Shown: positions 1 to 14,300 of the stretch, one piece after another
How positions within the stretch are numbered: position 1 is the first letter of the stretch
Layout: each line of letters opens with the position of its first letter
DNA from: Takakia lepidozioides
Taxonomy: Eukaryota; Plantae; Bryophyta
Direction of reading: 5' to 3'
NCBI GenBank assembly: GCA_030704615.1
Contig: CM060731.1
Span: 42,284,001 to 42,348,000 of the forward strand
Length of the DNA: 64,000 nucleotides
Position numbers and translations under genes: made by a program
Notes under the pieces: generated by a model
Databases searched by the model: none
Seen by the model: the letters and a program-made list of their open reading frames with translations, nothing else
What the model was told of the DNA's origin: nothing

Positions 1-1830
1 GGTCAGATTTTGCTTTCAACATCCACCAGTAGAATCACGGTTAATGGGGCACTGTCCAAGCCCTTTCCCCTTCAGAGGTCAATTTGGCAAGGCTGTCCAC
101 TGTCCCCATTTCTATTCCTCATAGTAGCGGACACCCTGGGGTATGCCCTCGAACACAACGCCCAATTGGTCGGGCTTAGAGTCAACAACTATATCACACA
201 ACAACCAGCACAGGTCAAGGATTCGATGTATGTAGATGACACTTTTTTGATCCTGCAAGCCTGCTCTCAGAACCTGGATAGAGCCGCGGAGACAACAATG
301 GCTGGGGAAATTGCAGGCAGGACCGATTTGGCCTTCTTACAACTATTGGGCACTCACAATCCTCAACAACATGCTGACAGTGTTTTTTGTTAGCCAGACC
401 ACTTTGAACAACCATGTCGTACATACCTTCAGCATTGACACTGTCACACTTGTTCTCCACCTGACTTCAACCCAATCGATGGTTCTCCCCCCATCTCCAC
501 TAACACCGATCAGAGTATGTTGTTGGACATCTGCTCCAAGAGAGATGGATCCACAGCCGCCACCAGTGATTTCCCTTGTTGCCTGGCTAACAACCAACAC
601 GTTCATATGGATACTGGGTAGGCCCTTGGCGGAGCTGCAGTTTGATCCCTCAGAATGGACATGGAATTTTGGTAGGCAACTAGAGCCTTTTTTGTCATAC
701 ACAACCAAACAGGGATACAAAGCATTACTAAATGCTCAACCACTCAAAACCAAATGGGAGGCTAGGTAGGAGCACCATGGCTTCAGGGATGAAAACTGGA
801 CATCAATATGGAGGTCGGTATGGCACAAATCGAGACCAGCGAAGATGTCTGCATTTCTTTGGCAACTAGCTAACAAAGTCCTCAAAGTAGGCGAATGGTT
901 GCAGTTTCTGGATGCCCTCTTATGTGCTTGTTGTGCAACATGAATCATAGAAAGCTTGGAGCATTGCCTCCTTCACTATCATGCATCAGCAACAGTATGG
1001 CCACTTATCAAAACCTTTTACTCAAATTGGAACCCCAGGCACCTCTCTGATGTTGATCTTCTTCTAAACTATGATACCAGTACCAAAATCACGGCGGTTG
1101 TTTGTCCTGTCTTTGAAACACTTAGGGGTAGCACCCTGTGGCATCTGTGGAAAGCAAGATGCACAAAAACCCTTTATGGAGAAACAACTACTACCTCTGC
1201 TCTTCTCGCTTGTGTTTTTAACGATCTTGGTACTGAATCCAGGAAGGCATGGGCCAAGTTACGTACAGATATCAAACGGAAGCCTCGAATCGCAGCTGCC
1301 AGCCATCATAAGTTCTGCTCCACCTGGGGGAATCAGGGCCTCATCTTCTACAGTGAATCCCCAGACTCCTGCATTTGGTCCAACCTGCCACCTCCCTCAT
1401 GGAGGGGACTTCGTGCAACACTCCACCGCATCTCCTGAGTTTGAAAGGGACATTAACATCTTAAGTGTTCCACAAAAGCCTCACGGCTTCGCTATACCCA
1501 GGGATAGGTAGCCTCGGTCAATATTCAAGAAGACACTTTTAATGCCCACATAACTGCTTTATTATTCCGACAATCTAGACTTACTTTAAGGTCTAGGATT
1601 ATGGTCCATACAAATCGGTAGGAACTGATAAGGACGCTAGTTCGATTCCAGTCAAGTCAGTTTCGACAGATTCCCTTTACAAGGGGTCAAGGCTCATTCT
1701 TTCACTGAATACGGTGTGTGTGCCTCATGGTGTAAAAGGGGTTTTAATTTTTTCCCCCGAATAATTTGCAATAAACCTATCCAGGGCCTCTGTCCCTGTT
1801 CTTAATAATAATAATAATAATAATAATAAA
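1..1830 (+). mobile_element. L1/Tx1-like LINE 3' remnant (RT fragment, internal deletion, C-terminal zf-RVT-like region, 3' UTR, (TAA)n tail)
   Basis: ORF 10..393 has RT motifs QGCPLSPFLF and MYVDDT; the downstream CA..C...ESLEHCLLH and LWHLWKAR motifs are typical of L1/Tx1 ORF2 C-termini; ends in (TAA)n at about 1803-1830; frameshifted and stop-interrupted. Confidence 0.85.
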
Positions 1831-1905
1831 AACTAGTAAATTCGAAGATCAGTTTTGTAATATCACAAATCAATATTTATTTGTATTTTATGGAACAGGG
1901 GCGGT

Positions 1906-1976
1906 GCCCTGGCAGAACTTTATTTAGAATTATTTGAAGGGATTTAATTCACACATCAATAAAGTTCTGCCAGGGC
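1906..1976. repeat. Perfect 19-bp inverted repeat (hairpin) built from LINE-tail-like sequence
   Basis: GCCCTGGCAGAACTTTATT (1906-1924) and AATAAAGTTCTGCCAGGGC (1958-1976). Confidence 0.9.
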
Positions 1977-2149
1977 TTCTGTATAAATAAATAAATATGA
2001 ATTTTCCTCTAATGCGGAACATGTTTGACATATTATTCGAATACAAAGTAAACGTTACCAAAATAAATAAATTCGAATATGTGATATGTATATGATATTT
2101 TATTTCAATATAATATTTTTAGGAAATTTTCAACTTAAGAGTTCCAGGG

Positions 2150-3607
2150 ACAATTATCAGTCATTTTTGTCCAGTATGCAACTGCTCAGGCACTTACCAT
2201 CTTCATATTCCACATTAACACGGTCACTCTTGTGCTCACACTAGCCTCAAAATCCCCTCAGCTTATTAAACATTTCCCTCTCACTCCGATCAGAATCTGC
2301 CATTGGTCTTCGCACGATAGAGCCTTCAACCCACTTCCTCCGTTACCTGTTCCAGTTAATGACTGGCTGGCCTCTAACACTTTTGTGTGGATCCTTGGAA
2401 GACCCTTGGCGGTGCTTGATATAGACCCCGCAGAATGGTCATGGACCTTCAACAGATCGCTGGACCCTTTTTTTTCATACACAACCAAGAAAGGATACAG
2501 GGTACTAGCCAAAACAGAACCAATGCTCTCTAAATGGGACCTGAAATGGGGAAACCCATGGATTTTGTGATGAAAAATGGTCAGTTATCTGGGGCTCAAT
2601 ATGGATCAAAACTCGTCCTGCAAAAATCTCTGCCTTTCTATGGCAAATTGCGAATAGGGTTCTTAAAGTAGGGGAATGGCTCCAATTCCAGGCATCAGTC
2701 CTCTGTGCGTGCTGCTCTTCCGCCATGCAGGAAACCCTGGAACACTGTTTGCTTCACTGCCAAGCACCATCCAAGATATGACCATTGGTGAAATCTCTAT
2801 ACCTACACTGGAACCCATCTGCCCTATCCGAAATCCATTTGCTTCTAAACTATGACAAAAACACAAAAACCAGAGTTGTGAGTTGTCTTGTATTTGAAAC
2901 CCTCAGAAGATCCACGCTATGGCACCTGTGGAAGTTACGATGTAAGAATACCTTCTCTGGAACGACCGTCACTATCTCTGCGCTTCTTTCCACCATTTTT
3001 TATGATCTTCAAACTGAAGCCCGTAAGGCTTGGGCTAAAACGTGTGCAGACATGGAACGCAATTCCGGGAGCGCCAGCGATATCCACGCAGCTTTCTGCA
3101 GTTCTTGGGGTTGTGGAGGAATCATCCGCCACTCCCCTTCGCAAGACAAATGTGTCTGGACAGAGCTCCCTCCACCAGTGTGGCATGACCTGCGAGTCCC
3201 CGTCCACTCGTTCGCCGGAGTTTGAACGCGATGTCAACTGGAAACACCTCAAGACCTCTTCCAAGGCCTCTAGACGTAATTACTCTTAAATCATTCTGCT
3301 TCGGGTAAGGTCAATGGGCAAAATCTGAGTCCTCCGATTCGTGAGACTACCAGTATAGGGTCAAAGGGTCCGTTCGTTTAAGGACCGGCAATCGGAATAG
3401 GCCTGCCACATTTAAGTGGTTTTTCTCTCTTGGGATCTGTCCCAGATCATAATCCACCTTGTTGGATGCATGGCTCTTATTACACTGATTACAATGTCTG
3501 TGCCTTATGGCTTAATCGGGGTTTTAATTTTTTTCCCCAAATAATTCATGAATAAAATTAATCAGGGCAATACATGTTCTTTAAATTTAAAAAAAAAGAA
3601 AAAAAAA
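2150..3607 (+). mobile_element. Second 5'-truncated copy of the same L1/Tx1-like LINE family, with poly(A) tail
   Basis: ORFs 2232..2570 and 2785..3225 are paralogous to 311..769 and 956..1438 (WILGRPLA, FSYTTK.GY, FETLR.STLWHLWK); homologous 3' UTR; A-tail about 3589-3609; candidate TSD AAGAGTTCCAGGG (2137-2149) / AAGAGTTTTAGGG (3608-3620). Confidence 0.85.
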
Positions 3608-4758
3608 AAGAGTTTTAGGGTGGAGCCATTACGCGACTAGCCGCTTGTTAATATATTCCACCGGCTTTTCGAAAAAATAAAAATAAATAAAAATCATCCC
3701 CCAGGTGTCATCCTTGCAGCTCTGCAGATTGGTCATACTCCCATGCAGGCTCCATCTGAGATTGTTTCCTAAGCGCTCTGGACGGTATTTTCAGGTGGGA
3801 TAAATATAGCAGCAGTTACGCAGAAATATGCAGTACTGTAGGGCCGACGGTACAAGCGCAGGTGGCACCACCCTGACGCTTGGCCAGCGGTGAGAGGCTG
3901 CCGCGCTGTGCCATAGCCACCGCGCCACAGCGGCCCCACGCCTGCCCTGCGCTCATACGCTCTCCTCCTCGCACTCTGCACATGTCACCAAGCTACCTTG
4001 CCCGGCTTTTCATAAGGCATGTCCAACATAGGATGTGCTGTGAATTTTACAAATATGCTACTAAACCGTGAGAAGCATATATGTTTGTTTAAGTGCTGGA
4101 TCTACCAAGTGACTCTTCTTCGTCACTATTCCTTTTGATGTCATTGAAAGCAGGGTGGAAGTTTGTACGTCTCTCTCGTTTTTGCGTTCCAAGTTCCCAA
4201 GCAATGTGTAGGTAGTGACCGTTGCGACCGTGCTTGCTAGAAAGTGGAAAGATATTCTGTGTATTGCCAGTAGCAGGACTGAGCGACACTCGATAGCCTG
4301 AGGTTTACTGTGCGTAGAGATCTCTTAGGGATTCGCTAGTGTCGTTCGGAACACTCTGGTGCAGTAGGGATCGGGATCGTTGGAGATCCAGCATCGAAAG
4401 CGCTGAGCTGAGTAATCTCCTTGGAAACTCCTTTTGAGAGATTGTAGATCTATTTGTTTCAATCGGGAGGCGACTGTAGGGAGGGCTCCGGGCTCTGAGC
4501 AGAAGGAATGCCAATTTCGGCTTAGCTATGCTAGCTTATGTCTATTATGCCAGTAACCAAAATTTTAGACCTACCAGGGGTTCTAGCTGTGGCACACGAT
4601 ATAGACTGGCTTCTCTCCCTCAGTTCTTGTCATAGATACAAGGTCAGCACGTGGAGCATCATAAATCAAATTAAGGAACATTTGGAGCTGGCGGGGACAA
4701 TTGTATTTCATCAATCCGAGGTTTGGACGCCGAAGAGTATTCCAAGATTGTTACTCGA

Positions 4759-7700
4759 ATGGAGATACCATCTTCCCAAGGTGGTATATGCAGGCCTACC
4801 GCGAGGCTTCTGCGACACTCATCTAATTCGGCTCTTCTTGCTCGTATTGCTACCGAGCTCGTAGTGGGAGATGAGACACCAGCTGTAAATGGAAAGGTGA
4901 GCGTCGTTATACAATCTGCTTCAGTCTATATGTGGTTCAGAGTGTATACGGATAGTAGTTGCATATTGCGTGATGCGATCGAGTTTTGTATGTAGTGATC
5001 TGTGAGCTCTGGTGTAGGTGTAAATAAGTGTGGAGCCATAAAACTTCAAACAAGCTTTTGGTTTCACGGCTTTGTCACGAACAAGCAAACACAACTATCG
5101 TTCAATACAAAGTCATTTACGAATTCAAACCTCAGGCTGCATAATAACGGTACCCTACCTGCCGATTATCTCCTTCTCAGAAGTCGTACGCTTGTTCACA
5201 TGAAATCAAGATTTTGAAGGAACTTTTGTCATCCGCCACGCCTTCTAAAGGTCTTGGAATTCTGAGACTTCCGCATGCGCCGTTCATTTTCCCTAAGTAA
5301 CTTAGGGATCTGGTACCTGTGCACTAAGTGGTCATGTATCCTCTGTACATGTGGGAAAGGTCGTGTTTTATCGCGCACTGGTCTGGCACGGGCAAAGCGG
5401 GGTAAGGCCTGTCGATCCGGCTTCTGCAGGGATCAACGGGTAGATGAGATTAAAGAATTGAAGGGTGTTTCAGATCACACGTTTGACCCATTGGCTGCCC
5501 GTGGAAATCAAATTTTCCTAGAATCGTCTGCTGGTTGATTCGGAGACGGCATAACTCATTCATGTGCAGGGTGTTGGTTGGGAGCTGTCGGCGTGAATTA
5601 CTACCTAAATCGGCATTTCATCTATTGCTCTAACTTTTCCCTTTTTCATCATGTAGGGCAAGCGTTCCGCCTACAGCAACGAGGCACATAGCAGCTCCGC
5701 TACCTCACAACGGAAATCGCCACGCACGGTATCTTGTAAAGACGTGGGGGATAGTAAGCAGTGCTCCTCCGAGATTAGTAGACAAACAAACAGTAATTCC
5801 GTGGAACAGAGTCGAGGAAAAGGGGATACAAATGAGGGTCATACCTCTGTGCAAGTTCTGTCTTCCCATGTTCCAGCATCCCAAAGTTGTTACTCTGATG
5901 GAACTGAATGCAGTGGCACATCTGAACTCTCTGATGTAAGTTTTTTTCTCAGCATGTGTATATTATAATTCAACGTGGTGGCATTGTTTTGTACTTTTTA
6001 AAGATAGAAACATCATTTTCACTCGCGGTTAAACCAAAGTAGCAATGTTGTCAGTTGTTGTTTTGCAATTTTTTTATTATTATTATTACAGAACAGGGGA
6101 CAGAGGCCATGGAAATTTATTGAAGGATGGATGAAGGTACAATGAAGTGGAAAAAATAACCACCCTGGGGCCGTAGGCTTACTGGGGGGATACCACCCCG
6201 TAACCAATTTTTAGAATAGACGTCTGAAAAAGAGGGTAGATTGTCTTTGCATTTGTCTTCGTAGTTGAAGTTATAGTGAATGCTGCAATTCGCTAGGGTG
6301 TACTTGGCATACATGTTAATGGGTATGGAATGGACTCTAAGTGTCACAGCTATAGCTATTGTTTTGCTTTTACCAACAAGTTTTTTGTCATGGCACGGAA
6401 ATATTCATTATGTGAAATTTGTGGATATCCTTTCTAATCATGTTGGTACATTTTCAAGTTAATTTTTAAAGGAGTTTTTTTTTCCTCTCACCTATTGATG
6501 TATGTTACTGTCATAATGTTTTTGCAGACTGCAGGGACATCCATAAATATGCTCATTAGTTGTCGCGTGGCATGCCAATCTTGGAGTGGGCGCATGCATG
6601 GAGTGAAGAAACCAAACCAGGATGCGTACTGCTTGAAGCGAGCTGCAGATAAAAGGTGCAATGATTTCTTGTGAATGTCATTAACAATTGTAGCTATTTT
6701 TTTGATAGATTATTGAAATGGTTTTAAGTGGTTTTAGAGTTGGTGTATTTTCTTGTTTTATATATATGTATAGGGGTGTGTAGTGTGCACATACTTGTAA
6801 GAAAGCTCACGCACGATATTTTGTGAAAAAAATAAATGAGTAACATATTAGTTGCCATTGGGTATGTTGATAATGCAAGAGTTGTTGGATGATTTGTGAT
6901 CTATGGTTCCTCATTATATTATGAACCTTGTTTCACTTCATCTGTCTATGTTTGCTTTTTCAGTGGCTTTCTAGGGTTGAGTGTTGCAAATGAGAGTGGA
7001 AGATATACATCCATTTGCAATTTTACTCGGGTTTTTTTCGATTTTTGTGGATGTTGACCTATCAACGCATTGTACTATGAGTACAGAAGTTATCTATTTG
7101 GAGTCTTTGATGGACACGGTGATTATGGACAACAAGTTTCTGGGTTTGTGAAGGTAATTTGTACCTTTGACATCATTCCTTGATATGGAATAGATTGTGC
7201 AAAGCCTAACAGTACAAGAACTTTAGCACTAATGCACCTTGAGCCTCAAATCTTCTATCATCAGAAGGATCCATCAAGGGAGTGTAATGAGCATTGTGAA
7301 CACTAAATTAGTTTTTATTTGTGTCTGCCCTGTCATTGGTTAACCTGTCCATGTTGGAATTTGTGTTTGCCTTATTGAGTTATGGGTTTGAGTGTGCTTT
7401 GCAGTGCCCCATCACCGTTGCCTATACAAGCTGGTTGCATGTGGTATATGATGTGATCCAGTAGTGTTGACATTTCATTATCTATCTACTGTATTTTAGG
7501 TGTGTTATGCAGTGACACCGTCGCGTTACGTTATCGCTAGATGCATTTGACCTTTGCTCTCAATTAATGTTACCTCACACCATTATTGTTTTTGAAGGAC
7601 ATATATAGAGAGTATGTTTGGCTGTAAAGTGTGTTAAAGAGTGAATGTCATTTGACTTCTTTGATTCAAACCACATGTTACTGTGAGATTGATTGTGCAT

Positions 7701-9650
7701 TTTTCCAGGATAAGCTTCCTTTACATCTGATCAATGATCCAAGATTGATGACAGATATAAGAAAGGCTTATATGCAAGCCTTTTTAGCCATTGATAAGAG
7801 CGTTGGAGAACATGGTGAGTAAGTGTGCATGTCTTGGCAACAAAGTGGGAAAGTGTGTGCATCTATTGGTAGTTTTTTCACATCAGTCCTGTTTAACATC
7901 ATATACATATGATGCCACTAAGTGTCAAACATTTCATTTTAACACTATCGTTGTTATATCCATGGAGTGTTTGTTACATCTCATCATGTCTTGCTTATTG
8001 AATGGTAAATTAGGAGGTGATATATATTATCTGAAACACTTGTTTGTTGGGATGTATGGCCACAGTGGAGTGTAGTTTGAGTGGAACTACTGCGGTGGTA
8101 GGGCATCTATTTGATACGACCTTGACAATAGCTTGGACTGGAGATTCACGAGGCGTTTTGGGAAGAAAAGAAGAAAATGGTCTGTAATGCTTATGAAATA
8201 TCTGTACATTTCAAACTTCAACTCACTCTTTGAATGCTTTTTGTAGAAATCTAGAAATTAGTATAAGTGGTGTGGTTGACCGGATTGTGCTTGTAAATGG
8301 AAATGTGTTGGAATTTTAAGGTACGCATTATAATTTTTAAACCTATAGCGTTCTGATCCTGGATTGTCCTAGGTTTAGAAGAAGCAAAACAGGGAAGAAA
8401 GAAGGTCACTGGATGGATCGTGGAGGGGGAACATTATTGAACTTTAAGAATGGATTAATGTTGAAAGTGGCTTGTTGTACGTATTTTCACACCTGCAAGG
8501 ATATAGCCTGAGGAGAGTTGGAATATGTGATCGTCAATTACACCTTTTTCATGAAAAAGTATGTAGCACATTTGCACCTATTTGCAAGATAACAATTATG
8601 GACCATATTGCTTAATATCACCTATGGGTTATCACAGGTGATTGGGAAGCTCTTCCGTTAACGGTAGATCATAAACCTGACCACATGGAAGAGAAGCTGC
8701 GTATTATCGAGAGCAATGGCCGAGTTGACAGGTATGTATTACTGTGACAAATTTGAATTTATCGGAAAGAATGAGTAGTATCGAGAAAGTTTTGTATCTA
8801 AATTGCATTGTCTGAACTATGACTTACTCTATCTTGATTTTTTGCAGGAGTTTTTGGTAACACTTGAAAATGGTCGTTTTCTCATCACCACCTTTCTTGC
8901 TTTTTAAGTTCCAACAAATTCATTTGATGTTTGGTTTGTGATGATTTATGATGAATGGGTTCAGATCAGCAGACAAGTTTGGGGATCAAAGAGGACCATA
9001 CAGGGTGTGGCACAAGTATGCCCCTATAATGGGTCTTGCAATGAGTCGGAGTTTAGGTGATACCCTTGCGCACTCTGTTGGTGTCTCTGCAGAACCTGAG
9101 GTAGGTTTGTGACTGCGTCAGCTGTACTGTTTTGATGTGTAGAATATGGAGGAGATAAAAAGATGTGTGCTTATGTCTGTGTATAAGACTAGGTATAGAA
9201 AGGCCTTATGTGAATAAATACAGATACATAGAGCCTATTCGTGTTCATGTAAAGTTTTTCTTGAAAGTGTTTTATAGTCGCTTTCGTAAGAAGTGTAAAC
9301 CTAGGAAAGAAAAGTCTTAACGCAGTTGAAGGATAGACTGGAACTCTTAATTGCATATAAGTTTTAGATAGTAATTGAAGCTTTGAACATGTTGTGAGGG
9401 ACAGGTGGTGGTTCATAATATGAGAGAAACAGATAAGTTTTTGATATTGGCGAGCGATGGAGTGTGGGAAGTAATTGAAAGTGAGGAGGCTGTGCAAATT
9501 GTCGGGTCATGCGCTACTCCAGAATCTGGCTGTAAGAGACTAATGATGACTGCTCGCTCACGCTGGCAATCTCTTGGTCATGGATTATATGTTGATGATA
9601 TTACGGCCATGATTGTGTCGTTTATCCACCGAACAAATTTCAGCTCTTAA
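4759..9650 (+). CDS. Protein phosphatase 2C (PPM family). Exons about 4759-4896, 5657-5935, 6528-6655, 7087-7153, 7709-7814, 8066-8179, 8638-8731, 8965-9100, 9405-9650
   Basis: GT-AG joined exons keep frame and give PP2C motifs KPNQD, FGVFDGHG, SGTTAV, GDSR, DHKP, GLAMSRSLGD, LASDGVW, DDIT; the two N-terminal exons are less certain. Confidence 0.92.
6074..6204 (-). mobile_element. Very short retroposed LINE 3'-tail copy (or SINE) in PP2C intron 2, antisense
   Basis: (TTA)n followed by CAGAACAGGGGACAGAGGCCATGG, close to the reverse complement of the LINE end at about 1780-1830; candidate TSD CAATTTTT at 6066-6073 and 6205-6212. Confidence 0.7.
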
Positions 9651-10724
9651 ATTGGATTCTTTTTGTACGATCGTTTTAGGAAAAATGTACGATGGTTCAT
9701 AGTCCATAGCCGGACAATTGAGTTTCTGATAGTTGTATTGACCCATTTGTGCGATAAGCTTCTTCATCAACGGGTTTCTATCCAACAGAACATGAAGTTT
9801 CTGGTGAGATTGCCATAGCGCTTGTGCACAGACAAAGGATCATGTTTTACAAAGATCTCCACACTGGCCTGGACGGCCAGGCGACACTACCTGTGCCATG
9901 TTGGTGCCCATCAACTTCACAAAGCGGACGAAGCTTTGCTAGTTTGCAGTTGGTGAAGAGGAATTCACTCATGTGACCATCTGATTTTAATAGCATGTAT
10001 AGCGTAAATCATTGAGAGTTGAGCCTGCTCCGAGACTGAACATCGTACTATCAACAAAAGAAATACTTTTCTGAACGACTAAGATTGTCGCAAGAACTAC
10101 ATTCTGTGAACTTGCTTACCTCTCAATACTCCATCCAGAGACCGACGTGCACCTCAACCATGCTCTCCTCATTCCAAGCATGGCTTACATCTCATCGACA
10201 TGAGTTCGTCAGTCATGCTCGGAAAGGACCCCAAAATGCTCTGTTCTTCACTAGATCGTCAAGTTTGCTACAACATATTGCTGAAAAGGTGTGGACGCAA
10301 CATGCCAGCCTGCAAATGGAGCTGACGTGGATGAGAAACAGTCCCTGCGCTCATGGTGGAACCTACCTGTACAAAAGGATCTAAATGTTGTGCACTGTAC
10401 TCGTGTGTAGTTCTTCCTCGTGGACTACGTCATAACAGATGGATTCAGTTAGATATATTTTACCACTACAGACACATTGCGTGGAATTAGCAACCTTGAC
10501 AAAATCATTGAACAAAATTGAGGACTTTTATGATGAAGGAAGAAATAAAGTGGAAGCGAAGCATGGTTTGGCCGCATTGAGCAAGAGAAATCAGTGAGCC
10601 TAATGCGAACACTACTATTTGATTGTGAGACAAGTTTTTATTTTGATTTCGGCGGGGATGTTGCTAGTGTAGCTGGGTAGAAGCTTGCGTCCATCGATCC
10701 GCAGTAAAAAAGGGGGTCAGAGAG

Positions 10725-11029
10725 TGTTAGGAAGAATTAAACATATATACAAGACTAGGGGTCTAGAAGGCTAAAGGTCTATCGGAATACTAAGCGCCTA
10801 CTAAGAAACTACTTTGTTTAACTCATCATTGAAAGGTGAAAGATTAGAAGGTGAATAGTCATCATAGTAAGAAGTGGAAGTGACCAAATAGATCATAGAG
10901 ATGATCTAAACTTTCTTGTACAAGCTAGGGGTGAAGTCACGGTCGAAGTGTAAGAGTATGATAGTGGTTTAGGTGGAGAGCTTTAGCTTTAGCCTAAGAC
11001 TTTAGTTCTTGTTCTTATTCTTGCTAACA
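10725..11029 (+). mobile_element. Solo LTR related to the adjacent Copia LTRs (diverged)
   Basis: TGTTAG...CTAACA termini; shares blocks with the LTRs at 11597 and 16040 (GAAGTGGAAGTGACCAAATA, CTAAGACTTTAGTTCTTGTTC); flanks GAGAG/TAGAG (4/5 TSD). Confidence 0.8.
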
Positions 11030-11399
11030 TAGAGAGTAAACTGTGGAGAGCTAGAGGGGAATTGGGCTGTCACAGACAATGCTTGACAGTTGGAGCAGAG
11101 TTTATGCAGCTGTGGGCATAATTGCTGTTGTGCTTACATTGCTTGTGTCCACTTCGTTTCTTTCTGACTCGCCCACAAGATTCTCCCGTTCAAGCGGACA
11201 AGGTTCGTACGTACAATACTTCGTTACTCTTACCAGCTCGTGTCTATTGGATGGGTGACCGCGGCGGAAGACCTGTGTGGGTTAGTGCGGGTGGATTGCT
11301 TTCAGAATCCCCCCTCTCTCATCGTTCATGAACAGTCTTTTCCTTGACCGACATCGGAATCACGGACATGTCTGAAGTTTGTTGGGCGCTGGTGCAGGA

Positions 11400-14300
11400 A
11401 TGGGGTCGAAGAAAGGCATGGGGGTGGTGGCGGACGCAATAAAGGTTATTGAAGTGGAGAAGATTCAAGGGCCCGGAGAGTCTGCTTCGGTCAAATTGGG
11501 TACCTTCTGGGAGAGTCAGGTGTGAAACTCTGCACAAAACAACACATATTTGTGACTAATAATGAACACTATGTTCCAAGTAGGGAGGGTGAGTATAGTT
11601 GGAAGTAATTAAACATATTTAAAAGACTAAGAGTCTTGAAGGCCAAAGGTTTAGAAGTCTAAGAGACTATCTTGTTTAACTCACCTTTGGAAGTTGAATG
11701 GCTAGAAGGTGGATGGTCACCATAGTGGAAGTGGAAGTGACCAAATATGACTTTCTAGAGACCTTCTTGTACAAGCTCGGGGGTGAAGCCACTAGTCTAA
11801 GTGTAAGTGTATGATGGTGGCTTCTATGGTTGGGATGAGAGCTTTAGTTTTAGCTTTAGTCTAAGACTTTAGTTCTTGTTCATGTTCTTGCTCAATTCTA
11901 ACATGGTATCAGAGCCATTCTTCTCTAGGTGAGAGTTGGTAGTTGAGAATGAGAGAACTTGATTATGGCTAGAGCGTCGTCTTCTAGCAATCCTCCTTCT
12001 ATGTCTATGACGAGTGCATTAGATGTGAGAGTGGAAGATCGATTCAATGGAGCTAACTATCAAACCTAGAAGTTTAGGATGGAGATGGTCCTTCTAGACA
12101 AAGATCTATGGGGAGTGGTTGATGGATCAGTCCCAAGACCTGATACTATTGTTGGCCAAGCCATATGTGATAGGAAAGATTAGAAAGCAAGAGCTAGCAT
12201 CATCACAAGCTTGAGAGACGATCAGTTGCATCTCATTATAAGTGTTAAGAATGCTAAGGATGTTTGAGACAAGCTAGCAAACATATTTGAGACGAAGGAT
12301 GTCACATCGCAAGTGTATGCGACGCAAAAGTTCTATGGTCTGAAGATGACCGAGTCAGACTTTGTTGAACAACACTTGAATTTGTTTTGTGTGTTGCGAG
12401 ATCAACTAGTCTCTGTGGGAACTAATGTGATTGATGAACACGCCGCAGTGGTGTTATTGGCAACCTTACCTGAATCCTATGATGGTTTTGTGGTGTCTCT
12501 AGTAGGACAAACCAACTTAACTATTGATGTTGTCATAGGACTCCTCCTCAAGGAGGAAACAAGAAGAAAAATGTCAAGGTACGTTTATAGAGGTAGACAG
12601 AGCTTTGTTTACATGCAAGACTGGAGTAGTCTTGAATAGAAGACTCCCTTCACATATGTCTCAGAAGTCCAAGAGGTTTCAGAAACCTCAATCTAGCTCA
12701 AAGATCAAAAAGGCCAAAGTGAGGTGCTTTTATTGCAAGAAACTTGGTCACATGATCAAGGATTGTAGCAACAGAGAGAGTCAAAGGAACATAGCTACTC
12801 ATCAGAGGAATGCTATTCTATTTGTTGTGTCTCTCTCAGCCACTACTAGACAGAAGCATGTGTGGTATGTTGATTAAGGAGCATCTCAACATATGAGTTC
12901 AGAGAGAGAGCATTTCTTATCCTATAGATCTCTTTCACCTACACAATATGTTCTTTTGGGAGATGATAGCAAGCATGTCATTGGTGGGGAAGGCTCAGTC
13001 TCTCTTATGCTCAATGAAGGGGAAACCATAGAGGTGGAAAATGTCCTACATGTCCCTACTTTAACAAAGAACTTGTTGTCTGTAAGGCAAATTGTTGCAA
13101 AAGGATACAAAGTGGTATTCCAAGATGAGAGTTGTACTATCACAGATAGCTCATGAACTGTGGTAGCAAGAGCTATTCTTGATAATTGCTTGTATAGATT
13201 ACAACATCATGTCTCTAGTGCTCTTATAGTTGGGATCTACACCTGTCATGTCAGAAACAAAGTTGTGGCATAGAAGGTTAGGTCATGTGAGCATTAAGAA
13301 GTTGAGACAGATGCAACTCTCCAGCCATCTTGTGGAAGGACTACCATTGAAGGAGATGAGCGATATGCGTCTATGCAAAGGTTGCTTGGAAAGGAAGCAA
13401 CATCAAGGTCAATTTCCTAAGGATGGTGGACGAAGAGCCACAAGTATATTGGAGATTGTACATTCTGATGTGTGCGGGCCAATGCAAACCACATCACTTG
13501 GAGGAGCAAGGTACTTTGTGACATTCATTGATGATTTGTCGAGGAGGGTTGTGGTGAATTTCCTAAGGCAGAAAAGTCAAGTGCTAGAGAAATTCAAGGA
13601 GTTCAAAGTACTTGCAGAAAAACAAACTGGAAAGCCTCTTAAGATTTTGAGATCTGACAATGGTGGTGAGTACATCTCAAAGGCTTTCAATCAGTTTTGT
13701 CAAGAGAATGGAATAGCTCGACAGCTTACTGTTCCATATACACCTGAGCAGAATGGTGTAGCTGAGCGGATGAATAGATCAGTACAAGAATCTGCAAGGA
13801 GTATGTTGAAAGAAGTGAATCTTTCAAATCATTTTTGGGCAGAAGCTGTTGGTACTGCAGCATATCTTCACAACAGAATACCTACCAAATCAGTATTGGG
13901 AAATACACCAGAAGAGGTATGAAATGGTCAGAAGCCTAGTGTGGCTCATTGTAGGATTTTTGGATGTTGTGCATATGTCCATATCCCTACTCAGAAACGA
14001 AGAAAACTTGCTCCAAATCAGAATGATGCATCTTCATTGGCTACACAGAAGGTGTGAAGGGATATAAGTTGTTCAATAAGACAACTAATGCTGTCAAACA
14101 CAGTAGGGACGTAGAGTTTGATGAAGGCTTCATACCCTCTTTGGTAGTGGGAGAAGATGACATGGGAATGAGCTTAGAGCCATTACACCATTTCCAAGAG
14201 GAGTCTTATGAGGAGCCAATACAAGAGATGGCTGAAGCAAATGATAGAGGTGTTTAATTTGATGGAGTTGATCAAGGAGTCGAAGTTGGTAAACCACTTG

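Noticed and set aside
1622-1652. Hammerhead ribozyme or tRNA B-box in the LINE 3' UTR (CTGATAAGGAC..GTTCGATTCC)
   Set aside because: Core CUGAUGA and GAAA are both imperfect, there is no cloverleaf, and the motif is absent from the second copy.
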